The notes beneath the pieces were generated by a model. The model worked only from the letters and a program-made list of their open reading frames with translations, was not told where the DNA came from and made no database searches. A stretch of DNA of 64,000 bases from Bugula neritina (taxonomy: Eukaryota; Animalia; Bryozoa). Below are positions 14,331 to 27,826 of this stretch, one piece after another. The stretch lies in contig OZ037768.1 of NCBI GenBank assembly GCA_964035545.1, positions 12,595,675-12,659,674 of the forward strand. Reading direction: 5' to 3'. Position 1 is the stretch's first letter, and each line of letters opens with the position of its first letter. The translations under genes were made by a program, and so were the position numbers.

Positions 14331-14957
14331 AAGTATGGATATAGTACTATCACTTACTATATAAAGACCAGTTTCTCTTTAGTATTAATCCAAAACATTC
14401 CATCCAGCTGGCTGGCGATGGTCAAGCCGGTAGTTTGTATGAGACTGAGATTCGTAACACTCAGCTCTCTAATGACTATATTCTTCCAGAAAAGATTTGC
14501 TACCCCCAAACATCTCTCGTTACATGTAAATCTACTTTGTTGAACTTATATTCACATTCACATTGAGGTTGGAAAATGTTACTTGCATTTGTTGTTCTGT
14601 TTTCTTCAGTGAATGTTCCAAATTTCCAAATAACTAAAACTCGTTCTGGAATTACTTTTAATTTATTGAGTATTTATTTCATGCAAACTTTACCCTAACT
14701 GATGATTGAAGTCCAAAAGTCTCTGAATAATCCTAATATAACTCTTGCAGTATAACTATATTAACACTCAACATAACTTCATGACAATAATGCTTTCTGT
14801 AAAAATGTACACAAATAAAGATGATGTCATACAACAATGGTATTCTAGATCCAATTTAGTAATTGTTTAAATCCACTATCACTCTAGCTTCAATATAATA
14901 TAATAGGACTCAGTGGCAAACATTTTTGTTTTGTAAAAATTGATGCAAATTTGCTGC

Positions 14958-15076
<119 letters not shown>

Positions 15077-15289
15077 CGCTCTCATTTAATGCTCAGCAAT
15101 GACATTAAATGATTGAGCACTCTCACCATGGTCACAAACTCAAGCTGCTAGCATTTTGCAATGCTCGTGACTCCTAGGTGACCCCTAGAGTCACTTGAGC
15201 ACTCTGGCTTGAGTTTACACACCTTTTAAATATGCTTTAGTAAAACTATAAGTTTTACTATTGCGAAGGTGTGGGCCATGGTACTCTGT

Positions 15290-15336
15290 TCTGTGCTGAT
15301 GAGGGGACAAATCCCGAAACAGCTGCTGTCCACAGA
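15290..15336 (+). ncRNA. Minimal type I hammerhead ribozyme (Penelope/retrozyme-like)
   Basis: tctgtg-CTGATGA-gggg acaaa tccc-GAAA-cag ctg ctg-TC-cacaga. The complete catalytic core is present. Stem I tctgtg/cacaga, stem II gggg/tccc, short stem III, GUC cleavage site after 15330. Confidence 0.85.
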
Positions 15337-15394
15337 TTGAGATATATATATATATATATATATATATAAAGAAATTTAGATCTTTATTTATTGA

Positions 15395-15790
15395 CTACAA
15401 TATTATTGTTTCACGTAGTGCGAGCTACGATCATCAGGTCGTTGTGTGTACGCTTGAGTGATTTTGTTTTGAAATTAGTATTGTTAGTGTATTACTAGGC
15501 TGGAATGTTTTAACTAGCGTCTGTTAAGTACGCAAGTAAAAATTTGCGTTTATGTCTACACGTGGTGGAAAGCTCTTTTCGTTTGTTGAGGGAAGATAAT
15601 TCCGGTTGTTTTAAAGTCCTATACTTTTCATAGTTGCATAAGTTACATTTGTTGGTTAGGTTTGAGTATGATTTGCAAATTTTTAAAATATTCCATTTTA
15701 AGCTGAATTTCGTGTTGTTGTCTTTTAAATTCCAGATGTGTCTGCTGAGTTGCGTGCTATTATTTGTATATATAGTGAAACGAGCATAAG
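15395..15790. mobile_element. Diverged partial copy of the long-TIR MITE (left arm and body)
   Basis: 15540-15780 is similar to 11238-11490, and 15400-15545 is the reverse complement of 11640-11775. Confidence 0.65.
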
Positions 15791-16736
15791 AAGTTGTAAT
15801 AAACAGTGCAGAATGTCACTGGGGTAGGTTGGTGCAATGCTTAGTCTCCAGGCTTGTTGTGCTGTGCCCCCCCCCCCCCTGTTCCTATGCTTACTTGGAG
15901 CCACACTTATGTGTCAGTGTCAAGCAACTGCATGTATTATGGTCAAACTGTATTATGGCATTCATTTGTGCCCCATGTGGTACTTTCCCTCGTGGGCGCC
16001 GGAAGGTGTTGGTTATATACAAGAGCTCAACTCTGATTGGTCGACCTATATTCTATTTGTTATTGACAATAATAATTGGCAGGTTGTGGCATGTAGCAAC
16101 TACATGACTATGAGTGGAGAAGGCATGACTTGGAGTTGTCTTTCCTGGGCATAAACTATCACGTCATGTTTAGCAGGGGACACAGGTTGTTATACTTCCG
16201 CTGGCCATAACGTTATTCACCAACATAATATTATGATATGGGGAGAAAGGATTGAATTTTGGATTTTGTGCTCTCATTCGTCTGATTTCCAAGTCACTAG
16301 TTCAATAATCTCTAGTCTTAATGCTGCATCTGTTGTCTATTACAGGTATCAGTTTGTTGTTTCTATCTCTCTCACTACTTTCATAATGAAATTTTCATGA
16401 CGAAAAAAACCGGCCCATTGTGCCCCAGTACCAGGGTACAATTGACCACTGGGTGGGACACAACAAATATATTGAAACTTTGCAAATTTTGTTCCATCTG
16501 ATTTATATTTATTTAATATTACAATTAAATAAAAATATTCTTTCAGATCTACAGCAAAATTCATGTTCTAGCTGTACCTACAGTTTGTGCCACCACTGAT
16601 AGCAGAGGAAGGCTAAATCAAACGCACATCACTCGGTTCTACGGTACGCCATTATCATTACTGTTTATAAACTGAAAATGTTTTTTTCATTTTCACTTCA
16701 GAGGAAATTTCATCAGAGAAAAACTTTAGTAACATA

Positions 16737-17060
16737 TGTTATAATTTTGCCAATTATAATATTTGGGGTGGATCCTGTGTGCAACTGTGTTCTCTTTAGA
16801 TGTAGGTCCCAATAACTTCACAGAAGATACGTGATAAAAGACCATATTTAACTATATACATACAAAAAACATAAAAAATACATTTAACATCCACAATACT
16901 CTCGCAAGTCTACTTAACCTACTATCTCTATTCGTGTACTACTCTGAACTATCTAGCTATATAAAACTGTCCGGAAGCGTTCTTCTTCGCAGGGAGTAGT
17001 CACGTGCTTCAACACGATTGGTTATGGTTATGGTATAATTAGTACGCTTCACATATTACA
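16737..17060 (-). mobile_element. Possible solo LTR
   Basis: TG...CA ends with short inverted termini, and CCAAT then TATA on the minus strand. It coincides with the unit-A/unit-B breakpoint. No TSD seen. Confidence 0.4.
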
Positions 17061-17979
17061 CTACAATATTCCAATGGACTTTTTTCTATGAACTGTAGCT
17101 AAGGGGCATGGCTTCGGTTTAAGTGACTGGAGTACGGAAGGGAGAGGGCGGAGCAAATGAGCAATCCACAATTTATTTTAGTGAAATACATGTATATTCC
17201 TTCAATGATATAATATATAGTGAATATCATGACTATCTACTAGTAGCAACAGCAGAGTGTTTTGTATTAGGCATAAAATGGCAAAGCTCTAACCTCACCA
17301 GATGTATATATTACAGGAGCTTCACCTTGTAGTTTTGCAGTCTTACCATAATGTCTTTGATATTTTACAAAACGGTTTAAAATGGCTATATCTATAGACT
17401 TTAGTAACATTTCAACGAACTTTTTGGGCAAACAAACTAATAACAGTGATCAGGGTGCAATTGTGCCTCATGTGGCCAAATGGAAAATAAATGTGCCTCA
17501 AAGAAAATTTATTTTAAAGTTTGCTGTTATACTTGTTAAGCGATGTAGAGACAAGATATGGCAACAATATCAGTAAAATCTAGGCTTGTTGCCTTTGAGT
17601 GTAAACAGTTATAAAGCTTTAACTACATCTAAAAAAAATTTGCAAAAAGTAGGTAAAAACAGTTTTTCACTCACCTTTTCAACAGGTATGTTCCGCAAGT
17701 GTTGAAAATACAATGGCTGAATAATTATGTCAATACCTTTTTATGAAAAAAATCACAACTCGAAGTCAATGAGTTCTCTCACAATTTGGACGGCTTTTGT
17801 ACCCCTATGACCGTTGTGGCTGGTTGGCAAGTTTTTATAATATTCGTTTTCATCCCTCACTAACTTGTGGTAAAATGTATAATCAGTGTGGTTGACTATG
17901 CTTATCAACATTACATGAACCAGGGATTTATGTGGAATACTTAATCAACAACAAAGTATGTTTTGGTGTACACTTTATA

Positions 17980-20900
17980 CACAGAGAGAAATATTAGTGT
18001 TAGAGTGAACATTAGCTGACAACTAAAACCTCTCGTTTTTTGGATCCCTAAATTGACCAGCAGTGAATAGAAATTAGTGTCAGGTACTGTTTACAGTGAA
18101 TAGTATGTTAGATCAATGTTGATATAAAGAGTTGTGAAGTTGATTCCTTGTATTTATCACAATGAGCCAAATTATGTTCAATGGTGATCTTATATATGTT
18201 CAATGGTGATCTTATTTCTGTTCAATGATGATCTTAGATATGCTCAATGCTGAACTAAGTTATATTCAAAGCTGAACTTATAAATGTTCCATGCTGCTCT
18301 AATTTTTGTTGGAAATAAGCTTCTGCAAAAATTATTACTGATCACTCTGAACTAACTTGTCATAACTTCTAACCGGTATGAGAGTATAGTAATGGGAATT
18401 TTATTGTATATGATAGTTGAATATAAGAAATGCAACAAAAAATAACTTCTAAAGATTAAAATAAGAAAAAAAACATGAAAATAAACATTTGCAGAATTTT
18501 TCAGTTAACTTTTCTCAATATTAGCAGAACCTGCTAAGACCATAGTGTGTGTCATTACATTCTTGCTCTGTAGTGTAGCGATAACCAAGCAGTTGCAGTG
18601 TGTAATGGTTAGCACTCCGAGTGGTCAGGGAAGCTTGAAGGAGTAGTATAAAAAAGGCAGCTGAGTTCTTGAAAAGTGGGTAAGGTGTAGTGTCGAGAGC
18701 ACCCAGTGACGCTTGTAATGTAGTGGTGAGTGCGCCTGCTTGCAGGCTGAAGGCCTCAGCATGATTCAAAGTTTTGTAACGGTCAAACTTTTTGTGCATG
18801 TGCTCCTATTCAGCCTCTTTGAGTGCATGTTCTTAAAAAATGTTATGGGATCTACAACAAAAGATAAAAGTTGGGTAACATTTAAACTGTATTAGTATGA
18901 ACAGTAAACATTTGGTTAAGATATACAATCACAAGCAGCGTAAATAAATTAAGTTCAACTTTGAAGAAGCTGAAGTCTAAGGCCAAAACTAATAGTATCA
19001 ATGATGTTAGCTATGAATCTTTCAGCATATTTTCAGCACCATCGTACCGATCGTTTGATTCTGAATAACCATACAGGCTTTGGCAAACTTATGATCATTA
19101 TGTTGCATAGTGTTTGGGTTAGTTTGAGCTTATCAAAACTTAGTAACAATTTTGGCCATCATTTTATTTTACTTCTTTCTTAATTACAAATGCAAGAGCT
19201 GTTGGGCATAATTAGTTTAGTTAATAGAAGCTTCTCTGCATTAAAATTATCTCAAAATGTCAGTGAACCACAATTTAAGCTGGAGTCAGCATTTTATATG
19301 GACCCCTCATATCGAGATAACATATATTGATAAGTTTCAGTATGTCTATAAATTGAAAAACAAATAAAGTACTACCAAGAAAAACATTGCTACTTAAACA
19401 TGTTTTTATATTTAATTGTGCTGTGCAAAGGTAAATAAAAGAATAAACTGGTAGCACGGAAGTTAATAAAAAATTTTGCCAACTCACCACTAATATTGGC
19501 ATTTTGGTACTTAGCTATAAAACAAGAAGCTAGCTTGGCAGCTGCTTAAGGCTAATAACTACTTGTAGGCTGCTAAACTGCATTATTAACAATACTTCTA
19601 CAATGGGGGGGGGGGAATTCAAATTAATGAATTTAGCACAAATTGCTAGAAGGTGAAGTGGAAATAAAACGCTAAATTTTTTGAAAATATTTTGTTACAG
19701 GAAAACTTGTATCAAATTGATATAGGAATAGAGTAGTTTGGGAAATATCAGTTAATGTGGTCTCTTAAAAGTTATAGTTGCACAAATTCAATTATCTGTC
19801 TACAGCAATAGTCATACTGTCATTGTGATTGCGATATAAAATCAAAATGACAACGTTAAGCAAATGATTGAGCTTACTTTTTGCTGCAATGACAACTTCA
19901 GTTCCTAACTCTGAAAGAAAGTGATCATCTTCTATCTCTGAGAGGTAGCTGCAATCTTTACCCATGTGATGAAATGATTCAATGTTTTCCATGTTGTGAG
20001 GTTGTTTGGGAGCACAAATTCACTGAATCTCAAAGCACAACCTCTTAGTCTGAGCCTCTGGTGTTCACTATGCCGGCAGAATATTTCTTCTGTCAATAGC
20101 AGTGAATAAAATCTATGTGCTGTTATGTAATAACCTTTGTTTTGCTCTTTCGATGCTTGGTAAGCCAGTTTCTTGCCTTTGAATTCCAATTCAAATATTT
20201 CCTTACTATAGCTCTGTTATGCAACATCTTCTTCTGTTCCACCAGGTAGTTTACACAAGGCTTTTGAAGTGGTTCACCTGATCCACAATTGACTATTCAG
20301 TAGCTTGTTTCATTGTTAATTTTAAGCTTCTTGTTTGAAACACATTTGCTGATAACTGAGTACATTGGAGTTTAATGGTGCATCTCCCTGATTTCTCTTT
20401 TACACACATTTTAAATTAGTTGGCTTTCCTTTCCATGAATGAAATTGACTAGTGAAGCCTAAACTACCCATGCAAGAGATATGTGCAGTTGAAATTTTTT
20501 GTTGATAAATTCAACTTAAGTCTTTGATAAACGGAGTGGGGCAATGTTTAATAGTGGTCTGGTAACAAGCTATTTGAAAATGTCTTGAGTTCAAAAAAAT
20601 TTCGAAATCATAAACAGCTAGTAGGTTGAAGGAGTTTCATTCCACTTATATGCTCCCCAGTTAGGTTGTATTTTTTGTTTTGGTACTAAGTATTATATAC
20701 CTATATACCCTTATATAACTTTCATATCGATTGCTAAACATAAAATAACCATTAATATGATATATTTGCAATAATATTTAATTTTTTCCAAATTTGTGTT
20801 GAAAAAAAGCATTAAATGCATTAATAATAACATTTTTTCAAAAAACAAAAGATATAGAAAATGCAAAATTGATAGGTTTATGCAGAGCAAAGAAATTTAT

Positions 20901-21467
20901 TTCTGTGCCAATTATAAAAAGCAATTGACTCAAATTTATTTAAATGCACATATATTTCAATAGTATTCAAATAAGTTGCACGTAAAATGTATAAATAGCA
21001 TCTAACTGGGAAGCACCAATCGAAATGACCCAAATGTAGGGTTCAACTCTATCCTAGCTTCCTATAAAGGTTTGTGATCATCATTAGTGCACATGTGAAC
21101 GAAAAATGTTGTTAGGTGAACAACTGCCGATTGTTCCATAATTCTTATGTAAATAAAATTTTGCTTGAACATATGTAGTTGTAGCATTGATCTCACTTTC
21201 TGCTCCTATCAATTACTGTTTAGCTTCATTAAGACCTAGGGATGATAATTACGTAATACTTGTGAAAAGTAGGGTTGACTTAACAACTAAGTGGTTTCAG
21301 AGCTACTACAAAATATTTTTCAGCTTACACTAATCGGATTAATTTTCAATTTCATCAAAATAAGTGCAGGTCTAACAACTATTAGAGGTGTGGTGCAGGC
21401 TATACTGACAATAAAAGGCTCTTTGAACAACTTTAGTGCAAGCACTGCACTAATATTTCTCTCTGTG
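17980..21467. mobile_element. TIR DNA transposon (3.49 kb), CACTA/EnSpm-like, non-autonomous
   Basis: Perfect 20 bp TIR CACAGAGAGAAATATTAGTG, TA duplication (17978-79, 21468-69), and an empty site at ~41245. Subterminal ~21 bp tandem repeats at 18172-18300. The superfamily is inferred from the CAC terminus, 2 bp TSD and subterminal repeats. Confidence 0.85.
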
Positions 21468-22004
21468 TATGTGTGTATTGAATGAGGAAAATAATTTTAC
21501 CCTCAGATATATTGCACAGACTATTACACACTATTGCTGCTCTATATTATACATGTGTGATTATGTGTGATTACGAAAGAAAATGTATATAATTACACAA
21601 AAGTGCTTTAAATAGACAAATATAGGTGAATATAGGTAAGATATTAGAGCAAGCAGTATACACTCAACAAGTATTTAGAAGTAAACATTGGTAAAACACT
21701 TGAAATTAGTATCAAAACCAAAGATTTTAGTTTGTTTGATGCCAAATTCGTAGTCAAATATGTTTTGAAGTTCTCCTTTATGTTGGAGAATAAGAATCAA
21801 AATAACAGTTTGATGACTAGACAAGGTATCGAGGCCCAAAGCATTGAATAAAGCACACTTCATTTTAAATCACAAGAGTAGTCTGAGAGCTAAGAACTTA
21901 TTATTTTCCAATGCAACATAATAAATATTTATATATAGCAGTTAATAATAATAATGTCTTTTATATAGTTTTCTATATAATCTTCACATAATACTTTTAA
22001 AACT

Positions 22005-25000
22005 TCAGAAGTCAGAAGTATTTTCCCTTTTCGCTTTTGAGACGAATGCAAAATATCGGCGCAGCCTCGCTGTAACAATTCTCGACATATTCTTTTCTAC
22101 TATACTGTCCAAAGTCTCAACGTCTAAAGAGCACATAACATATATCAGATTAGTTATGTATTAAAGTTTTCTTGCTATGCTTTGATACAAGTTTACAATC
22201 CTAATATTTTTATATAAAGAGGGACGATATATCAATAATGCTACTATTTGAAGTGTAAGCAGAAGCTAGTTTCACATTTCTGATCATATTGCATGTTACT
22301 ATCAGCTTCAAAAGATATCAGAGATGTTCCTAAAAAAGACTGCTCAATGAATATAGTGGCTATACCCATAGCCAGCTGCATTGATTGGAAAAAGGAAGTA
22401 TTTCGAGACAGTGAACAGTTTAGATTGTTTATACACTTCTGAAGGTATTAAAGTCTGGAGACATGCTAGACAGTTTGTATAAATTTGTATAAATACCAGC
22501 ATGTTACATGCTATAACAACCTGTTTCTATACCTGGTAACTTTACATTGCTTGTAAAAATAACAGCTTTTCAATATTGCTAAATCCTAAGGTGTTGACAG
22601 CTCAAAATTGGCAAAAGCTAAAGTTGATAACAAAGTTTACTATTTAATACTACATACCACAAAGGCTGTCATTCACTGTCTGCTTATGTTCCTGCCATGT
22701 TACACCATCATCACTTGCAATGACAATGGTTTCCTGTTCATCTTGACTAGCAGCAACATCTATTATGACAGGGCTGAAAAAAAAAACACAGGTGCCATTT
22801 TTAGAAAACAGTTATACTTTTTACATGTACTGTGTTTGAATAAAGATGTAATAAGGTTTAATGAAAACATGAAAAAGTAATAAAAATAACATAAAGATTT
22901 TCAGCTTCTCCCACTAAACTCAATGACAAGTGTGTGAATAGAAAATTACCCAATAAAGGTGGCACAAGCAGGTTCTAGAGAGAGAATGGGGGAGATGACA
23001 GATTCACTGTTATGAAGAGAGGGCATCACTCCTTTCTCAAGGAGACGGCACACAATTCTCATTGGTTCGGTTGCCACACCAGGTGGGATGGTAAAATGGA
23101 CTTTCTCTCGGCATCCCTGGAAGACTCCTCCTCTGGCATCCACCAGGAAACTGATACGGAATCTAAAGTGAGATGCATATACAATGTCAACGCAGTTGAT
23201 AATGAAGTAGCTGGTAGTTAATTTATGTGTGCATGTGTGCGTGTTTGTGTGTGGGCGTGTGTTGTTATTGCAGTAGCAGTTTTCTTATATATATAGAAAA
23301 GCTTCTACTGTAATTATTAAAATAAACCCAATAGAACTGAGTAATGTTTAGCAACAGTTTTAACTGCAACAATCCTTCCAAGTTAATTATCATTACCTTT
23401 TCAATTTGAGCTTCTCACTACAAATAAAGAAAAAAAAACTGATTTTATAGAACAAATTTACAAAATGTCTTTCATACACCGCTTTTGAACTACGTACAGC
23501 CAAAGAATGAGAAACATGCCCATTGCATTTCTTGTCTATGTGATATATAGAAAAAATAGATCAACTTGCTTCACATATAGATGGGTACATTATATACTAA
23601 ACATACTTAGTGACTCCAGAGTTTTTACTTTTCATTGAATTGTCAGAGTTTAAATCCTCCTGAGAATGAGGTGTGCTGTGGGCCCTCTTACAAGTTTTTC
23701 TCTTTTTCAGAGTAAAAACACTCTTGCATTTGAGGCCTAAAATGAATAGAATAAACTACTAGTATGGGTGCGTGTGGGTGTTTGTGGGTGTGTGCGTGTG
23801 AGTCGCTGCGTGTTCGTAAAGAACTGATATATATTTACATACACTGATGGCTAAATTATAGCTTGGAACTCACTAGGCCTCTAAGAATAAAGTAAAATTA
23901 GCTGTGGGTTTTACCATTATGCAAAACCATAAATTAGTAATCTTCGATTCGAAAAACTCTTAACAATTTAATTTTGCAAATAATTGCCAGTATGAAACAA
24001 AGTAATTGGTGAGTTAATAATCAGATCCTTACCAGCAGAGGCGATGCTACGTAAAGCCCGCCTGATCTTAGCTGATCGAGGTTTTGTCTCAACGCTCTGC
24101 ATACCATACACCTACAAGGAAATTATTGCATTGCTATTGTACAATCACACTAAATATACATTTTCATAGATAGACACTTCAATAGGCGTTTATAATATAT
24201 ATAATAATGATATAATGCACTCCAAATATACTAATTCAACATTCATAATGCTGTGACCAATTTATTAAGTGAAGAGTGCCTAACTAAAAAACCAGTAACT
24301 ATAAAAGGTCTTAAATAAACAGAATAATTGAAAATTTATCATTCTTTTGGCAGTTACACTGATTCACACAAAATTATCGACTTGTATATCTCAATGCTTA
24401 GCGAAACATGACCAATTTCTAGTAAACTTGTTACTCCAAATATTTTAAAGCTCCATCTAATCTCAGTCAGCATCTGTAAATTTCATTGATGTTATATTTA
24501 CTAGTTAGCTGACTCAATAAATCAATAATTGACCAAAAACAGAACTGACATGCATTGGGAAAACGCTTATATCAAAACGAGTAAAATGATGCACTTTTAG
24601 CTCATGAATTAGAAATAGACTGTGATCCAGATAAACGCTAGACAGAGCCAGATTGACTACTAATTTCCTCACATGTGCAATCAGCTTGTGAGACAAAGTT
24701 TAGAAATGGTTTGATCAACTCATTGATTAATGGCCCAGAAGATGCTGTAGCAATGTTTTGCTGACACAAAATTAAATGTCAGACTAAGTCAATGTGAACA
24801 CAAAATTAACACACAACCAAATATGATTAGTCCAATATAAGTTGCAATATTGAATACTACAATGTTATGATTCTAATATCAAACTGTAGATGACCTTATA
24901 ACAGATAATGTAAAGGCAATGTCTACTTCTGCTTCATGTTTTGACAGAGATTTTACAATATTTACCTGACCACTATGTCTCTCAGCTTTAGAAGTTGTAG

Positions 25001-27826
25001 GGAGACTAGCACCATACTTCAAAAGGATCTCTGCTGTGAGAGCATCGTTTTTCTCCCTGCACAGGTGCATTGGGGTTAATCCGTCCTAAAATATACCATA
25101 GCAGTAGCAACTCAATCAAATAGTCAATATTCAATACTCAAATAATATTTAAGAAGAAAAGCTTTCAATTTTATGTTTTCCACTTTTGATAAGGGTCATA
25201 GTTCATGATAATAATCAGTTGGTATAACAGTTGCAGTTGTAACATTAGTGGCACAGTTTGTGTTGTAACATTATTTTGGTAACTTGGAGTTGATTTTCTT
25301 AGATTTGTAGCTTCTCTACTTACGAGCTGATTTAAAATAAAAGTTATCATCTTCTTTGATAGATTCAGGACCTTGATTTAAATCAGTTATAAATAAAAAC
25401 TAAACAACTAGTAATCACTTATATAATAGATATCTGCTGAATAAAAATTTAATGGAAGTTTGAATAAAGAAACTTAGAACAGCAAATGTTGAGATAGTAT
25501 GCTGCCGCACTGGCAGTTGATCACAAAAAGTAACTGTAACATCGCTAGCTGTTCGGAAAAGGTAGACTTACTTTGGTATAACAGTTGGGACTAGCACCAT
25601 TTTCCAACAGCATCGATACAATATCAATGAGTCCATCCCTAACAGCAAGGTGTAGGGGGGTGAACCCATTTTCCGACTCTGCGCTTACTCTTGCGCCATA
25701 CTCAATCAGAGCACAGACCGTATCCATGTCACCTTTTCCCACAGCATAATGTAGAGGCGTGTAGCCATTCTGTAAACACAATCACTAGTAAGCGTTTAGT
25801 AGACTTTATGAATCATCAGAGATTAGAATAAAGAATATAATTAACAAGATGTAAGCACTCTTACTAACATTATGATGAGGGTTTCTAGATTCAAGAAAAT
25901 ATAACAATTCTTTTTATAGGTTATGTAGTTCAACAGTAAGCAGAACATTAACATGGCCATTTACAATGTAGGTGATTTTTAATCATAAAAAGTAATGAAG
26001 CTAACATACATTGATCAAACAGACTCCAAAATGTTCATAATTTTGCTGAGCTATCTCAAGTTTAGCAGAATAACTCTCACCTTAGCCCTGCTGTCAGGGG
26101 AGACACCATATTTCTCCAGCAGAAGTAAAACTATTGCAGCTTGACCATGCTGAGCAGCTAGGTGCAGAGCTGTATGTCCATCATCATTTTTGAGTTCAGG
26201 CTTTGCGCCTTTTTGGAGTAACATCCTTGTTACTGTCTGTTGATTGTTTTCAATGCTGACATGGAGAGGCGTCAATCCATTCTACAAGCACCAGTATGCA
26301 CTGTGTCTACATGTAACTCAAAATAATTTAGGAGTAAATTCTACAACAATTGAAAGTAAATTTTGGTAGACTGCTTTTTACCAGTTCTAATCAACATACA
26401 CAGCCAACGGTTGTTCTCAGGTGGAGGAACTGAATACACTAAATTGTTACCTTAGTCATGGAATCAAATAGTTTTGAATGCTTTGGAAGTGAAGTGATAA
26501 CTCGTTCAATTCCTTCTTTTGCTGCTGCATGCAGCAGGGAATAGTTATCTCTAGCCTCAGCATTCACATCAAATTCATGCTGCAACAGAAGCAGTACACT
26601 ATCTACACTACTCACTACTTCAACTCTTGTTGTTACATAATAAACAAACATTATTTGTATAGCTATACAGGTTTCTTGAAGTAGTGATGAAACAGAAAAG
26701 TAAATCACCATTTCCAAAATAGTCCACCAGGAACTTCAAGTCTGCTCAATTGAAAACTAAAACTAAATGTAAAAGTGAAAGTAATTGCAGTGTAGTTCTA
26801 CAGTTACTCCTAACTCTTTAAGTTGAGTGTATGCTTACTGAAGATGGGTCTTCATTGTCTAGAGAAGAGGGTGTATGTAGTTGACTACTACTGATCTCAC
26901 TCTGATCAATAGATAGTTCTTCACTGTCAACCTCTATTTCAGATTCACTAGCTCGGCAACATACTAAAAGTGACAATACTGTCATGTATAAACTCAGATA
27001 TATTCATTTTACAATCTGATTTAAAGAGGTCTATGGGATTTGAATACCACTTCAAAATATCAAACACACCATTAGCCGATCTTTTAACTTTATGCCTAGG
27101 TCCTAGTTACTAGATTTACTGTATCCCTTTGCCCAAAACAAAATAGTACGTAAAAAAAATTAGTAATACTGTTTCATCTTCCTCTAATGGGACTATATTC
27201 ACCAGATTGATGTCTATTTTACTGTGTGCAAACACTTTAATGAAAATATTTAAACTTCTGCCTGATTGTTTATAATGATGGCAAGATGATTTTCATGCAA
27301 AACTTACCCAAATTGGTAATTGAGGCCCGAAAGCTTCTGAATAATTCTAATATCATTTTTGCAGTATAAGCATATTAACACTCAACATAATATTAATACA
27401 ATAATGTTTTCAATAGAAATGTAGACTAATAATTATGATGTAAACAGTTTCTGTTGTGGGTAGTATTATGATTGTGATGTCATACAACAATGGTATCCCA
27501 ATTTAAATGTAGCAAATATTTCAATTTATTATTACATTAACTTTAATATCTTATTATTAGGACTTATAAGCAACAATTGCAAGGTTTTCATACTTCGCAA
27601 AGTGGTAGACAGTTTGTATTTAATTTGAATTTTAATAAAAAATTATTGAAATTCATATAAATTTGGTACTTGCAGGACAATTGGATGAATAAAGTGAATA
27701 AATTAAGTGAATAATTTTTTAAATAACTTTTTCACTGCAGGTTTTTAAAAACCTAATATAAGAATAAATTTGAGAAAGCAGTACTATGTTCAGCATGTTT
27801 TCCTATATACTTATCTGTTGGAGCAT
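22005..27826 (-). CDS. Ankyrin-repeat/ZU5 'mini-ankyrin' gene, copy B (12 exons, ~494 aa, 6 ANK + one ZU5)
   Basis: Exons 27826-27811, 27346-27308, 26963-26839, 26579-26451, 26281-26081, 25769-25572, 25085-24966, 24111-24033, 23736-23607, 23162-22950, 22773-22658, 22123-22005 sum to 1485 nt in one open frame ending TGA. ZU5 motifs SFLVDARGG, IPPG, RIVCRL, PVII, SDDGVTWQEH, RIVT..RYFAFVS match ankyrin ZU5-A. Confidence 0.85.

Noticed and set aside
15829-16230. Three overlapping + ORFs / possible LTR
   Set aside because: No recognisable protein. CCAAT/TATA on the minus strand hints at an LTR, but I could not define ends or a TSD.
18172-18300. CRISPR-like short repeats
   Set aside because: Head-to-tail degenerate 21-mers without unique spacers, inside a eukaryotic transposon.
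18590-18770. Possible tRNA genes
   Set aside because: Only A-box-like pieces, with no proper T-arm/B box or acceptor stem.
22020-22080. Autoproteolytic ZU5 as in PIDD1/UNC5CL
   Set aside because: The HFS cleavage motif is absent; the equivalent position reads RLRRYF.
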